From: Gemmatimonadaceae bacterium
GTDB taxonomy: Bacteria; Gemmatimonadota; Gemmatimonadetes; Gemmatimonadales; Gemmatimonadaceae
Length of the DNA: 64,000 nucleotides
Assembly: GCA_040902005.1 (NCBI GenBank)
Contig: JBBDYA010000084.1
Coordinates: 35,720 to 99,719, forward strand
Direction: 5' to 3'
Shown here: piece by piece, positions 22,573 through 32,007 of the stretch
Position numbering within the stretch: position 1 is the stretch's first letter
Layout of the letters: each line of letters begins with the position of its first letter
Made by a program: the position numbers and the translations under genes
Notes under the pieces: model-generated
Database searches by the model: none
Told to the model about the DNA's origin: nothing
The model's input: the letters and a program-made list of their open reading frames with translations, nothing else

Positions 22573-24051
22573 TTACAGAATGTAGCGGCGCAGGTCCTCG
22601 TCCTCGACGATCGCCTTGAGCCGGTCCCGGACCGCCTTGCCATCCATGACGATGGGCTTCGCGTCGGCCGGGCGGCCATCCGGCAGTTCGAACAGGGTGT
22701 CCTCAAGCAGTGTCGTCATGACGGTATGGAGGCGGCGCGCACCGATGTTCTCCATCCGATCGTTCACCAACGCGGCGATCTTCGCGATCTCGCGGACCCC
22801 GTCGTCCGAGAACACCAATTTGGCGTTCTCGGCTTCCACCAGGGCGACGTACTGCTTGGTGAGCGCGTTCTCCGGCTCCGTCATGATGCGGACGAAATCC
22901 TCCTCGGTCAGCGGCAGCAGCTCCACCCGAATGGGAAAGCGCCCCTGTAGCTCGGGAATCAGGTCGCTGGGCTTCGACACGTGAAACGCGCCGGCGGCGA
23001 TGAACAGCACGTGGTCCGTCTTCACCATCCCGTACTTCGTGCTCACGTTGGACCCTTCCACGATGGGCAGCAGGTCGCGTTGCACGCCCTCGCGTGAGAC
23101 GTCCGGCCCGCCCATCTGTGACCGCTCGCCGGCAATCTTGTCGATCTCGTCGAGGAAAATGATGCCGAGCTGCTCGACGCGCTCCACCGCGTCGCCGGTG
23201 ACATCCTCCATGTCGATCAGCTTGTCGAACTCCTGGTCGAGCAGGATGCGTCGCGCTTCGCTCACCTTCACGGTGCGCTTCTTCTTTCGCTGCGGCATCA
23301 GCTGCTTCAGCATGTCGCTGAAATTCTCCATCCCCTCGGGGGCACCCTGCGTGGAGAACACGTCGATGCTGGGAGCCGCTGGCGTCACCTCGACCTCCAC
23401 CTCGCGGCTCTCGAGCTGTCCATCCTTGAGCAGCTGCCGGAGCTTGTCCCGCGTGCGCTTGTGTCGGTCCTGCTCCGGGGTGGTGCGCTCCGCCCCTCCC
23501 CCCTGCGGGCCCACGACGAACACTTCGTCCTCGGCAACCGCGCTACGCGGGCCTGGCAGGTTCTCGGCGGCGCCGCGCGCCGGTGTCGCCTGAGGTTCAG
23601 GAGGTGGAAGGAGCAGGTCGAGCAAGCGCTCCTCCACCTTTTCGTGCGCCAGATCCTCGACTTCGGCCTCACGTTCGGTGCGCACCATCTCGATGGCGCT
23701 GTCCACCAGGTCGCGCACCATGCCTTCGACATCTCGCCCCACATACCCCACTTCCGTGAACTTCGAGGCTTCGACCTTCACAAAGGGCGCGCTCGCGAGC
23801 TTCGCCAGCCGGCGCGCGATTTCCGTCTTGCCCACGCCCGTGGGTCCGATGAGAATGATGTTGTTCGGCGCGATCTCGGCGCGGATGCTGTCCGGCGCGC
23901 GCTGCCGACGCCACCGGTTTCGCAGCGCGATCGCAACGGCCTTCTTGGCGTTGCCCTGCCCCACGATGTACCGGTCGAGCTCCGCGACGATCTGGCGCGG
24001 CGTGAGATCGGCGAGCCGGGCAAGGGCCTGGGCGGTGCGATTGGTGGGCAT
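22573..24051 (-). CDS. hslU: HslU ATPase subunit
   Basis: [40 protein letters not shown], ends RYIL. Confidence 0.98.
   Translation of the reverse strand: MPTNRTAQALARLADLTPRQIVAELDRYIVGQGNAKKAVAIALRNRWRRQRAPDSIRAEIAPNNIILIGPTGVGKTEIARRLAKLASAPFVKVEASKFTEVGYVGRDVEGMVRDLVDSAIEMVRTEREAEVEDLAHEKVEERLLDLLLPPPEPQATPARGAAENLPGPRSAVAEDEVFVVGPQGGGAERTTPEQDRHKRTRDKLRQLLKDGQLESREVEVEVTPAAPSIDVFSTQGAPEGMENFSDMLKQLMPQRKKKRTVKVSEARRILLDQEFDKLIDMEDVTGDAVERVEQLGIIFLDEIDKIAGERSQMGGPDVSREGVQRDLLPIVEGSNVSTKYGMVKTDHVLFIAAGAFHVSKPSDLIPELQGRFPIRVELLPLTEEDFVRIMTEPENALTKQYVALVEAENAKLVFSDDGVREIAKIAALVNDRMENIGARRLHTVMTTLLEDTLFELPDGRPADAKPIVMDGKAVRDRLKAIVEDEDLRRYIL
23527..23582 (-). repeat. GNA-hairpin/GCCGAGAAC repeat, degenerate in-frame copy in the HslU I-domain
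   Basis: GCCGAGAAC ctgcca ..CGCGTAGCGCG.. GCCGAGGAC; translates as [15 protein letters not shown]. Confidence 0.6.
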
Positions 24052-24086
24052 CTGTACAAAAGTACTCGGCGCCGAGACTTCCTGAG

Positions 24087-24626
24087 CTACAGGTCCAACA
24101 CCGTGATGTTGGTGTTCGTGTAGATGCAGATCTCGCCGGCGATCTCCAGACCACGCCGCACCACTTCCTTCGGCTCCAGGTCCGTGTTCCGCACCAGCGC
24201 GCGAGCCGCCGCGAGCGCGTACGGGCCCCCCGAACCGATCGCAAGGATTCCGTCGTCCGGCTCGATCACCTCGCCCGTGCCCGAAATGATCAGGCCATGG
24301 TCCTTGTCCACCACGGCGAGCAGCGCCTCCAGTCGCCGAAGCACCCGGTCGCTACGCCACTCCTTGGCCAGTTCGACCGCCGCGCGCGGCAGGTTCGTGG
24401 GCGACCGCTCGAGCTTCTCCTCGAACTTGTCAAAGAGCGTGAGCGCGTCCGCGGCGGCACCGGCAAAGCCGCCGAGGATCCGGCCGCCCCGCAGAATGCG
24501 CACCTTCTGCGCGTTCGCCTTCATCACGGTCTCGCCGACGGTGACCTGGCCATCGCCGCCAAGGGCAACCTTCCCGCCCTGGCGCATAGCGAGAATGGTG
24601 GTAGCGCGGATACGGGGGAGTGCCAT
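24087..24626 (-). CDS. hslV: HslV protease subunit
   Basis: ATTIL, GDGQVT, GFAG, IGSGG, ICIYTN motifs. Confidence 0.98.
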   Translation of the reverse strand: MALPRIRATTILAMRQGGKVALGGDGQVTVGETVMKANAQKVRILRGGRILGGFAGAAADALTLFDKFEEKLERSPTNLPRAAVELAKEWRSDRVLRRLEALLAVVDKDHGLIISGTGEVIEPDDGILAIGSGGPYALAAARALVRNTDLEPKEVVRRGLEIAGEICIYTNTNITVLDL

Positions 24627-24632
24627 GACAAA

Positions 24633-24760
24633 ATGGGGAACTGGGAATCGGGAATTGGGAATTGGGAATTGGGAATTGGGAAAGTACGACGGCGGGAATG
24701 GAAATGGGAATTCGCCTTTCCCGTTGCCCCGTTCCCAGTTCCCAGTTCCCAGTTCCCTGG
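24633..24760. repeat. Long imperfect purine/pyrimidine palindrome, copy 3
   Basis: Seven GGGAANN heptamers (24636-24684, four exact GGGAATT), ACGACGGCGGG linker, 6-mers, then TTCCCAG x3 and TTCCCTG. Confidence 0.85.
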
Positions 24761-24765
24761 CTTAA

Positions 24766-25083
24766 CTAGCGCCGAACACTTCGCCCGAACACTTCGCGCA
24801 GGTATCCACTGTTCCGCTTGACGCCCCAGAGCAGCAGCACCGAGCCGGCAATCACGGTCAGAATCGAGTAGCGCCAGGTGTCCCGGCCCACGAACGCCGC
24901 CGCCATGGCCAGAACCCCGAAGCCGACCAGGGACTCACCAAACCGGTCGCGCTCGCGGCGCTTGTGCTGCCGGCGCTCCTCGGTGCCCGCGAACACCTCC
25001 GGCATCCACGCATCGAACAGGAGCGCGATGCCGACGAGACCGATGAGTCCGCCAATGATGAGTGGAATTGTCTCCAGACGCAT
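24766..25083 (-). CDS. Small membrane protein (about 3 TM)
   Basis: Three hydrophobic segments; co-oriented between xerC and hslV. Confidence 0.75.
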   Translation of the reverse strand: MRLETIPLIIGGLIGLVGIALLFDAWMPEVFAGTEERRQHKRRERDRFGESLVGFGVLAMAAAFVGRDTWRYSILTVIAGSVLLLWGVKRNSGYLREVFGRSVRR

Positions 25084-25104
25084 GAGCGAACATCCAAGCC
25101 ACTT

Positions 25105-26061
25105 TCATGCCCTTGGGTGTGCTTTGCGGTAGACCTCCTTGAGGCGCTCCACGCTGGTATGCGTGTAGATCTGGGTGGTGGAGACCGACGCATGCCCAAG
25201 CAGCTCCTGCACGGCGCGCAGATCCGCGCCCGCGTCCAGCAGGTGGGTGGCAAAGGAGTGCCGCAGCGAGTGTGTGCTGAGTCCCGAGTCTTCGGCGATC
25301 GTGTCGAGGAAGGCGCTGACCACCTTCTGCACGCCGCGCACGCTGATGCGCTTGCCTCGCCGGCCAACGAAGATGGCGGACTTGTCGACCTGCCCGCCCA
25401 GCGCCGCGGACAACTCGTCGCGCTTGCGCTCGTAGTGGCGCAGTGCGCGCGTCGCGTGATCGCCCACGGGAACGATGCGCTCCTTCCTGCCCTTGCCGCG
25501 AACCTTGACCTGCTGGCTGACCGAGTCCACGTCCTGCCGGTTGAGCCCCTGCAGTTCGGAGAGTCGCATGCCGGTGGAGTAGAACAGCTCCACGATCGCG
25601 GCGTTGCGCACGTCGGTGAACCGGCCGCTGGCGGCACGCGCCTCCACCAGCTGGAAGAGCGCGTCCATCTGCGATCGGTCCAGATACCCCGGCAGGTACT
25701 TCTCCGCCCTGGGTGTTCCGACCGCGCGCGCGGGATTGGCGTCCACCGCGTCCATGTTGGCGAGGTACCGATAGAATCCGCGCACCGCGGCCAGCGCGCG
25801 CGCCACCGAGCGTTTGGAGAGTCCACGCTTGTTGAGCCGCGCCAGGAATCCGCGCATGGCGAGGCGATCCACCCCCTGCCAGGTCCACGCCGTGCCGCCG
25901 TGGTGCTGGGTGAGAAATGCCACGAACTCTGCACAATCGCGCGCGTACGCTTTCACCGTGTTGGGGCTGACGTCCCGCTCCTTCTCAAGGTGCACCAGGT
26001 ACGCGTCGACGTCCGGATGAATCGCGGCGCGCGTCCGGGCGGTTCCCGCCGGTGGCGGCAT
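25105..26061 (-). CDS. xerC: Tyrosine recombinase XerC
   Basis: GMRLSEL, GKGRKER, HSLRHSFATH, LLGHAS.STTQIYTH; trmFO-xerC-hslVU synteny. Confidence 0.9.
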   Translation of the reverse strand: MPPPAGTARTRAAIHPDVDAYLVHLEKERDVSPNTVKAYARDCAEFVAFLTQHHGGTAWTWQGVDRLAMRGFLARLNKRGLSKRSVARALAAVRGFYRYLANMDAVDANPARAVGTPRAEKYLPGYLDRSQMDALFQLVEARAASGRFTDVRNAAIVELFYSTGMRLSELQGLNRQDVDSVSQQVKVRGKGRKERIVPVGDHATRALRHYERKRDELSAALGGQVDKSAIFVGRRGKRISVRGVQKVVSAFLDTIAEDSGLSTHSLRHSFATHLLDAGADLRAVQELLGHASVSTTQIYTHTSVERLKEVYRKAHPRA

Positions 26062-27416
26062 TACGGCGCAGCGACCGTGGAGAGATCCGCTGCCCACTCC
26101 CGCATGCCGGTGAGCGCGCGCGCCGCGAGCGCTTCGCGCTTCGCGCGCTTGTCGCGGATCGGACGCGGCAAATCGTCCACCAACCCGAAGTTCGCGTTCA
26201 TCGGCTGAAAGTGGGCCGGATCCGCTTCGCGCAGGTAGCGATAAAGCGCGCCGAGCATCGTCGTCGGGGGCGGAATCGCCGGATCGAGTCCGTACAGCAG
26301 ACGCGAAAGATTGATCGCGGCCAGCAGCCCGGTGGCCGTGCTCTCGGTGTATCCCTCCACCCCGGTGAGCTGCCCGGCGAACAGCACCATCGGATCGTCG
26401 CGCAGCGACAGGTGCGGCGTGAGCGCGGCCGGCGAGTTGACGTACGAGTTGCGATGGATGGAGCCCAGGCGCAGGAACTCGGCGTTCTCCAGCCCCGGGA
26501 TCGTTCGAAAGACCCGCTGCTGATCGGGATAGCGTAGGCGCGTCTGGAAACCGACCATGTTCCACATGCGACCGCCGCGGTCTTCCATGCGCAGCTGGAC
26601 GACGGCGTAGGGGGGCCTCCCGGTGCGCGGATCCGCCAGCCCTACCGGCTTGAGGGGGCCGAACCGGAGCGTGTCCCGCCCGCGCCTGGCCATCTCCTCC
26701 ACCGGCATGCATCCCTCGAAGTACGGCACGGCGTCGAACTCGTGCGCGGTGGCCAGGTCGGCGGTGGTGAGCGCGTCGATGAACGCCTCGTACGCCTCGC
26801 GCGACATCGGGCAATTGAGGTACGCGCCGCCGGTAAGCCCAACACCTTCGGTTGGCATCGTCTCCTTGCCGTAGCGCGAGGCGCGAAACACCACGGTGTG
26901 ATCGATGGAATCGGCGGAGATGATCGGCGCGATCGCATCGTAGAACGCCAGCGACTCCACTCCCAACCGGGCGCGGATCGCGGCGGCGAGGGCGTCGGAC
27001 GTGAGAGGCCCCGTCGCGATGACGCAGGGCGACTCGAACCCGGTCACCTCTTCCCGCGTGATGGTGATGCGGGGGTGAGACTCTACCCGGTCGTGCACGC
27101 CGCGCGAAAACACCTCACGGTCGACGGTGAGCGCCGAGCCCCCCGGCACGCGCGCCTCGTCGGCCGCCTGAAGCACCATGGAGCCGAGCGCGCGCATCTC
27201 CGCCTTGAGCAAGCCGTGGGCGTTGGAGGTCTCGGTGCTCTTGAAGGTGTTCGAGCAGACGAGTTCCGCGAGCCGATCCGTCTTGTGCGCGGCGGTCGGG
27301 CGCATGGGGCGCATCTCGTGCACCACCACGTCGTGGCCGCGCTCCGCGAGCTGGAAGGCGGCTTCACTCCCCGCCAGCCCGCCGCCGATGACGTGAACGC
27401 GCTTCCCGTCGTTCAT
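26061..27416 (-). CDS. trmFO: Folate-dependent tRNA (uracil-54) methyltransferase
   Basis: GGGLAGSEAA, ELVCSN, FEGCMP.E, VGFQT, GVEGYTES, FQPMNANFG motifs. Confidence 0.97.
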   Translation of the reverse strand: MNDGKRVHVIGGGLAGSEAAFQLAERGHDVVVHEMRPMRPTAAHKTDRLAELVCSNTFKSTETSNAHGLLKAEMRALGSMVLQAADEARVPGGSALTVDREVFSRGVHDRVESHPRITITREEVTGFESPCVIATGPLTSDALAAAIRARLGVESLAFYDAIAPIISADSIDHTVVFRASRYGKETMPTEGVGLTGGAYLNCPMSREAYEAFIDALTTADLATAHEFDAVPYFEGCMPVEEMARRGRDTLRFGPLKPVGLADPRTGRPPYAVVQLRMEDRGGRMWNMVGFQTRLRYPDQQRVFRTIPGLENAEFLRLGSIHRNSYVNSPAALTPHLSLRDDPMVLFAGQLTGVEGYTESTATGLLAAINLSRLLYGLDPAIPPPTTMLGALYRYLREADPAHFQPMNANFGLVDDLPRPIRDKRAKREALAARALTGMREWAADLSTVAAP

Positions 27417-27429
27417 GGGCACAAGATAC

Positions 27430-27460
27430 TGGGGGGCAATGGGAAGGGGAAAAGGAACGG
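27430..27460 (+). repeat. Half (purine arm) remnant of the palindrome family
   Basis: GGGGCAATGGGAAGGGGAAAAGGAA 6-mer-like array between topA and trmFO. Confidence 0.4.
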
Positions 27461-27483
27461 CTCGCGGTTGCCCGCGCGCGGCG

Positions 27484-29958
27484 TCAGCCGGCCAGCGCCG
27501 GTGCCTCCTCGGTCTCCGGCTCTGTGGGTGCGTCCCATTCGTTTCCGCACTTGAGGCACTTCCGGAAATCACCGCGCGCCTTGCTGGACTTCATCTCGGC
27601 GCCCACGAAACCGCACTCCGGGCACTTTTCGTTCACGGGCTTGTTCCAGGCCACGAAGTCGCACGTCTCGTTGGAGCAGGCGAAGAACGCGGTTCCGCGC
27701 TTGCGGGAGCGGCGCTGCACCAGCTCGCCGCCGTCCTTGGGACAGAAGACACCGGTGGGCATGGACTTGGTGCCGCGGCACTTCGGGAAAGTGGAGCATC
27801 CCAGGAAGTCGCCGCTGCGCCCGGTGCGCACCACCATGGGCGCGCCACACACGTGGCACGGGATGTCGGTCATCCTGGGCTTCACCTTCTCGCCCTTGAT
27901 CGGACGCGTGTACTTGCAGGCCTTCGGATGGTTTTCGCAGGCCAGGAACGGGCCGAAAAATCCGCCACGCGCCTGCAGCTTGCCGCCGCACTCGGGGCAG
28001 CGTGTGGTCTCGATCACGCTCAGGTCGTACGCCACGGCAATGAGCGCCGGCGCGTCGACCTTGTCCAGCCGCTTGGCGAAGGGCCCGTAGAACTCGGCGA
28101 GGACTCGCCCCCACTCCAGATCACCCGACTCGATCTTGTCGAGCTCCTGCTCCATGTCCGACGTGAACGTCACGTTGAAGACATCGGGGAACTGCTTGAC
28201 CATCACCCGCTCGACCGTTTCCCCGAGTTCCGTGGGGAAAAAGCGCTTGTTGAGCAGTTCGACGTAGCGGCGGTCCGCCAACACCGAGATGATGGAGGCG
28301 TAGGTCGAGGGACGCCCGATGCCGAGCCGCTCGAGTTCCTTCACCAGCGACGCCTCCGAAAAGCGCGGCGGCGGTTCGGTGAAGTGCTGCGACGGCGTGA
28401 TGCCCCGGCAGGGGACGGATTCCCCCTTGTCCACCAGCGGCAGGGGCTGCTCGTCCTCGAGCACCTTGTGTTCGCCTTCCTCGTGCGCTTCCCGATAGAG
28501 CGCAAGGAACCCCTGGAACTTCACGATGCTGCCGGTGGCGCGGAACAGGTAGCTGCGCCGGCCGATGTCGGGCTGCGCGGCCGCGAGGATGTCGAAGTCC
28601 AGCGTGGTGGTGTCGAAGACGGCGGGCGCCATCTGCGACGCCATGAAGCGCTGCCACACGAGCTGATACAGCTTGAACTGGTCCGGCGACAGGAATTTGC
28701 GCACTTCGTCGGGACGTTTGGTGGGATCCGTTGGCCGGATCGCTTCGTGCGCGTCCTGCGTGTTCTTCTTCTTCGAATCGCCGTAGAGCCGTATGCCGTC
28801 GGCCAGAAACTCGGCCCCGAACAAGGTGCGCAGGTATTCGCGGGCCGCGCCGGCGGCGCTCTCGGCGACGCGGGTGGAGTCCGTCCGCATGTACGTGATG
28901 AGGCCGACGGCCCCTTCGCTTCCGAGCTCGATGCCTTCATAGAGGTCCTGCGCCACGCGCATCGTGCGCCTGGAGCCGAATCCGAGCTTCTTCGCGGCCT
29001 CCTGCTGCAGTGTGGACGTGATGAACGGCGCCGATGGATTCTTGCGGCGCTCGCGCCGCTTCACCTCGGTGACGTCAAAGGCGTCCCGGCCCTTGAGATC
29101 CGAGAGAATGCGATCGGCTGCTTCCTGGTTCGGAATCTCCGCTTTCTTGCCGTCGATGTGATGCAGCTTGGCGGTGAACTGTTGGCCGTTCTTCTCGAGC
29201 AGCGCTTCCACCGTCCAGTACTCGGTGGGCGTGAAGGCGCGGATGTCCCGCTCGCGCTCGACGATCAGACGCAACGCCACGGTCTGCACCCGGCCGGCCG
29301 AGATTCCCTTCTTGACCGTCTTCCAGAGCACGGGACTCGCCTTGTAGCCCACGAGGCGGTCGAGCACCCGGCGCGCCTGCTGCGCCTCCACCTTCCGCGA
29401 GTCGATGAAGCCGGCACTCTTGATAGCCGACTGCACCGCTTCCTTGGTGATCTCGTGGAAGAGCACGCGGCGAATGGGCACGCCGGTCGCCGCGGTCTCC
29501 GTGTCGTCCGCCTTCTTCTTGCCGCGCCTGGGACGGATCTGTTCCGCGACGTGAAACGCGATCGCTTCACCCTCGCGATCAGGGTCCGTCGCGATGTACA
29601 CGGCGTTCGCCGTTTTCGCCGCGGATTTCAGCTCCGCAATCGTCTTCTCTTTTCCGGGGATCGGCACGAGATCCGACTTGAACCCCTTGTCCACGTCGAT
29701 GCCGAGTTTCTTCTCCGGAAGGTCCATGATGTGGCCCACCGTGGCTTTCACCTTGTAGCCGCGCCCGAGATACTTCCCGATCGTCCTGGCTTTCGCGGGC
29801 GACTCGACGATGACCAGGGCCGTTCCTCCGGCGCCGTCAGCACCATTGTCCACGTCCCCGCTCGCGCCGCGGGTACCGGCCGTCTTCCTCGCCCGCTTCC
29901 CGTCGGTCTTTCGACCGACCTTTCCCGCCGTCTTTCGTGCTGTTTTCCGTGCAGCCAT
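27484..29958 (-). CDS. topA: DNA topoisomerase I with C-terminal Zn ribbons
   Basis: IVESPAKA, DPDREGE, SAGRVQ, TYMRTDS, GIGRPSTY, repeated CxxC. Confidence 0.98.
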   Translation of the reverse strand: MAARKTARKTAGKVGRKTDGKRARKTAGTRGASGDVDNGADGAGGTALVIVESPAKARTIGKYLGRGYKVKATVGHIMDLPEKKLGIDVDKGFKSDLVPIPGKEKTIAELKSAAKTANAVYIATDPDREGEAIAFHVAEQIRPRRGKKKADDTETAATGVPIRRVLFHEITKEAVQSAIKSAGFIDSRKVEAQQARRVLDRLVGYKASPVLWKTVKKGISAGRVQTVALRLIVERERDIRAFTPTEYWTVEALLEKNGQQFTAKLHHIDGKKAEIPNQEAADRILSDLKGRDAFDVTEVKRRERRKNPSAPFITSTLQQEAAKKLGFGSRRTMRVAQDLYEGIELGSEGAVGLITYMRTDSTRVAESAAGAAREYLRTLFGAEFLADGIRLYGDSKKKNTQDAHEAIRPTDPTKRPDEVRKFLSPDQFKLYQLVWQRFMASQMAPAVFDTTTLDFDILAAAQPDIGRRSYLFRATGSIVKFQGFLALYREAHEEGEHKVLEDEQPLPLVDKGESVPCRGITPSQHFTEPPPRFSEASLVKELERLGIGRPSTYASIISVLADRRYVELLNKRFFPTELGETVERVMVKQFPDVFNVTFTSDMEQELDKIESGDLEWGRVLAEFYGPFAKRLDKVDAPALIAVAYDLSVIETTRCPECGGKLQARGGFFGPFLACENHPKACKYTRPIKGEKVKPRMTDIPCHVCGAPMVVRTGRSGDFLGCSTFPKCRGTKSMPTGVFCPKDGGELVQRRSRKRGTAFFACSNETCDFVAWNKPVNEKCPECGFVGAEMKSSKARGDFRKCLKCGNEWDAPTEPETEEAPALAG

Positions 29959-29959
29959 G

Positions 29960-30193
29960 TCAGTGTACCGTTTCGCGAGCATCGCTCGCGGGTGCGGGCA
30001 AACCTGCGACTTCAACCAGGGAGCGCAGATCGTCCAGGGCAATGCGCCCTTCGATCTGCACGAGGGCCCGGTCGATCAGCTGCTCGAGCTCGGCCGGGCT
30101 GATCACGCCGCTGCGGGAGAGCGCCATCAGCTGCCCCCACGCCTCTGGCGCGAACCGTCCTCGCTCGTGCGGTCCCAGGATTCGAAAAGTCAT
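29960..30193 (-). CDS. smg: Short Smg/DUF494-like protein
   Basis: FRIL..HE....PEAWG.L..L...G.I...ELE.LI.RA pattern; located directly upstream of topA. Confidence 0.6.
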   Translation of the reverse strand: MTFRILGPHERGRFAPEAWGQLMALSRSGVISPAELEQLIDRALVQIEGRIALDDLRSLVEVAGLPAPASDARETVH

Positions 30194-30265
30194 GTGAGTT
30201 GGTGACGACTCACTACCTTAGATACGTCACGGGTCTGCAAAGTAGCCCCGGCGTCAATGGGGGGA

Positions 30266-30826
30266 CTACGCGACGCCCAACTTTTCTGCGATCTGATCTG
30301 TAACCTGTTGCGCGGTAAGGAGTTCAGTGCCGATTTCGTGATCGGCTGCCTGATACAGCGCACGCCGGGCCTCGAAAATCGTCTGGAGCTCCGCCAGAGG
30401 GTTAGGCCGGTTGAGCAGCGGACGCCCTCCTACCGCGTCTGCCAGGCGCTTGAGCGCTGTTTCGGGGCGCACTCGCAGGTATATCAGAACCGCTGGCGGC
30501 CGGACCAGGGCCACTCCCTCCTGGTCCATGATCCATCCGCCGCCCGGTGCCACCACCATGTTGCCGATGTCGCGCAGTTCCTCCGTGAGCTTGCGTTCCA
30601 GCTGCCGGAACCCGGCTTCACCGCGCTCGCCAAAGACCTGTGTAACCGGCATGCCTTCCCGGCGCTCGATCTCGAGGTCGAAGTCCAGGAACGTGCGCGC
30701 CATTCGTTCCCCCAGCAGGGCGCCGACGGTGGACTTCCCCGAGCCAGGCAGTCCCACGAGCACGACGTGCGGCTTATCGGGATCGAGCGCCGAGACGGTT
30801 TTTGAGGTGCGAAAGGTATCCATCAT
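30266..30826 (-). CDS. aroK: Shikimate kinase
   Basis: GLPGSGKS, GEAGFR.LE, GGG, RPLL, R..LY motifs. Confidence 0.95.
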   Translation of the reverse strand: MMDTFRTSKTVSALDPDKPHVVLVGLPGSGKSTVGALLGERMARTFLDFDLEIERREGMPVTQVFGERGEAGFRQLERKLTEELRDIGNMVVAPGGGWIMDQEGVALVRPPAVLIYLRVRPETALKRLADAVGGRPLLNRPNPLAELQTIFEARRALYQAADHEIGTELLTAQQVTDQIAEKLGVA

Positions 30827-31997
30827 AGTTGTATCGCATTTCCCTGAGTGAATCGCCGCCGAATTTCTCGAGCATCGCCTCCGCGAGCACCAGCGCCAGC
30901 ATCGCCTCCGCGATCACGCCCATCGCGGGCACCGCGGTCACGTCGCTGCGCTCCGCCGTCGCCTGGGCGGGCTCCCCCGTGGCCATGTCCACCGTCGCCA
31001 GTGGTTTCATCAACGTGCTGATCGGCTTCATGGCGGCGCGGACGATGAGCGGCTCGCCGGTGGTCATTCCTCCCTCGAGCCCGCCCGCACGGTTGGTGCC
31101 GCGTCGCACGCCGCCACCCAGCACGTTCTCGGGTGCCGGCGCCATTTCGTCATGCACCTCCGCTCCGGTGGCGCCGGCGGCGCCAAAGCCCATGCCGATC
31201 TCCACGCCCTTCACCGCCGGAATGGAGAGCATCGCCCGCCCGATGCGCGCGTCGAGCCTGCGATCCCAGGCCGTGTGCGAACCCAGCCCCACGCAGGCGC
31301 CGGTGGCGACGATCTCGCAGACGCCGCCGAGGGTATTGCCGTCTCGTTTCACCGCATCGATGCGCGCGATCATGCGCTGCTCGGCATCGCGGTCGAGCGT
31401 GCGCAGCACGGATTGATCCGCGGCCGCGTTGAGGTCGTCCGGCATCTGGTCGGGGCGCCGGGCGCGGATGTCCCCCAGCTGCACCACGTGGCTGCCGACG
31501 CGAACACCGAACTCCGCCAGCAGCCGGCGGCACACCGCGCCAAGGGCAACCCGAGCCGTCGTCTCGCGCGCGGAGGCGCGCTCGAGGATGTCGCGGGCGT
31601 CTTCGCGATCGTACTTGAGCAGTCCGGTGAGGTCGGCGTGGCCAGGACGAACGCGCGTCACGACGCGGCGACGCGGCGCCTTCGCCCCTGCATCAGCTCC
31701 GGCGGCGAGCGTGGGGGTGGGGGCTGGATCCATGATGTCCTGCCAGTTCTTCCAGTCGCGATTGCGCACGAGCATCCCGATGGGAGATCCGATCGTCTCA
31801 CCCGCGCGCACGCCCGACAGCAGCTCCACGGTGTCATGCTCGATCTGCATCCGGCGGCCGCGCCCATAGCCCTGCTGCCGCCGCGCGAGTTGCTCGTTCA
31901 CGTGGTCCGCAAGCAGGGCAAGCCCCGCCGGTATCCCCTCGAGGATGGCGACGAGCGCCTGGCCGTGCGATTCCCCTGCCGTGGTGAACCGGAGCAA
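30774..31997 (-). CDS. aroC: Chorismate synthase (TTG start inferred)
   Basis: TAGESHG, RPGHAD, RASARET, KPISTL, ERSD motifs. Confidence 0.97.
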   Translation of the reverse strand: MLRFTTAGESHGQALVAILEGIPAGLALLADHVNEQLARRQQGYGRGRRMQIEHDTVELLSGVRAGETIGSPIGMLVRNRDWKNWQDIMDPAPTPTLAAGADAGAKAPRRRVVTRVRPGHADLTGLLKYDREDARDILERASARETTARVALGAVCRRLLAEFGVRVGSHVVQLGDIRARRPDQMPDDLNAAADQSVLRTLDRDAEQRMIARIDAVKRDGNTLGGVCEIVATGACVGLGSHTAWDRRLDARIGRAMLSIPAVKGVEIGMGFGAAGATGAEVHDEMAPAPENVLGGGVRRGTNRAGGLEGGMTTGEPLIVRAAMKPISTLMKPLATVDMATGEPAQATAERSDVTAVPAMGVIAEAMLALVLAEAMLEKFGGDSLREMRYNYDGYLSHLKNRLGARSR

Positions 31998-32007
31998 CGC
32001 GTTGCCG

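Noticed and set aside
24633..24760. CRISPR array
   Set aside because: Units are contiguous 6-7-mers with no unique spacers, and no cas genes are present
25105..26061. Integrase of a mobile element
   Set aside because: Sits in the housekeeping trmFO-xerC-hslVU synteny; no att sites or cargo seen
27415..30102. Long antisense or alternate-frame ORFs (also 2260-4077, 34646-36778, 59193-61142)
   Set aside because: Shadow ORFs of high-GC genes on the opposite strand, with no recognisable motifs
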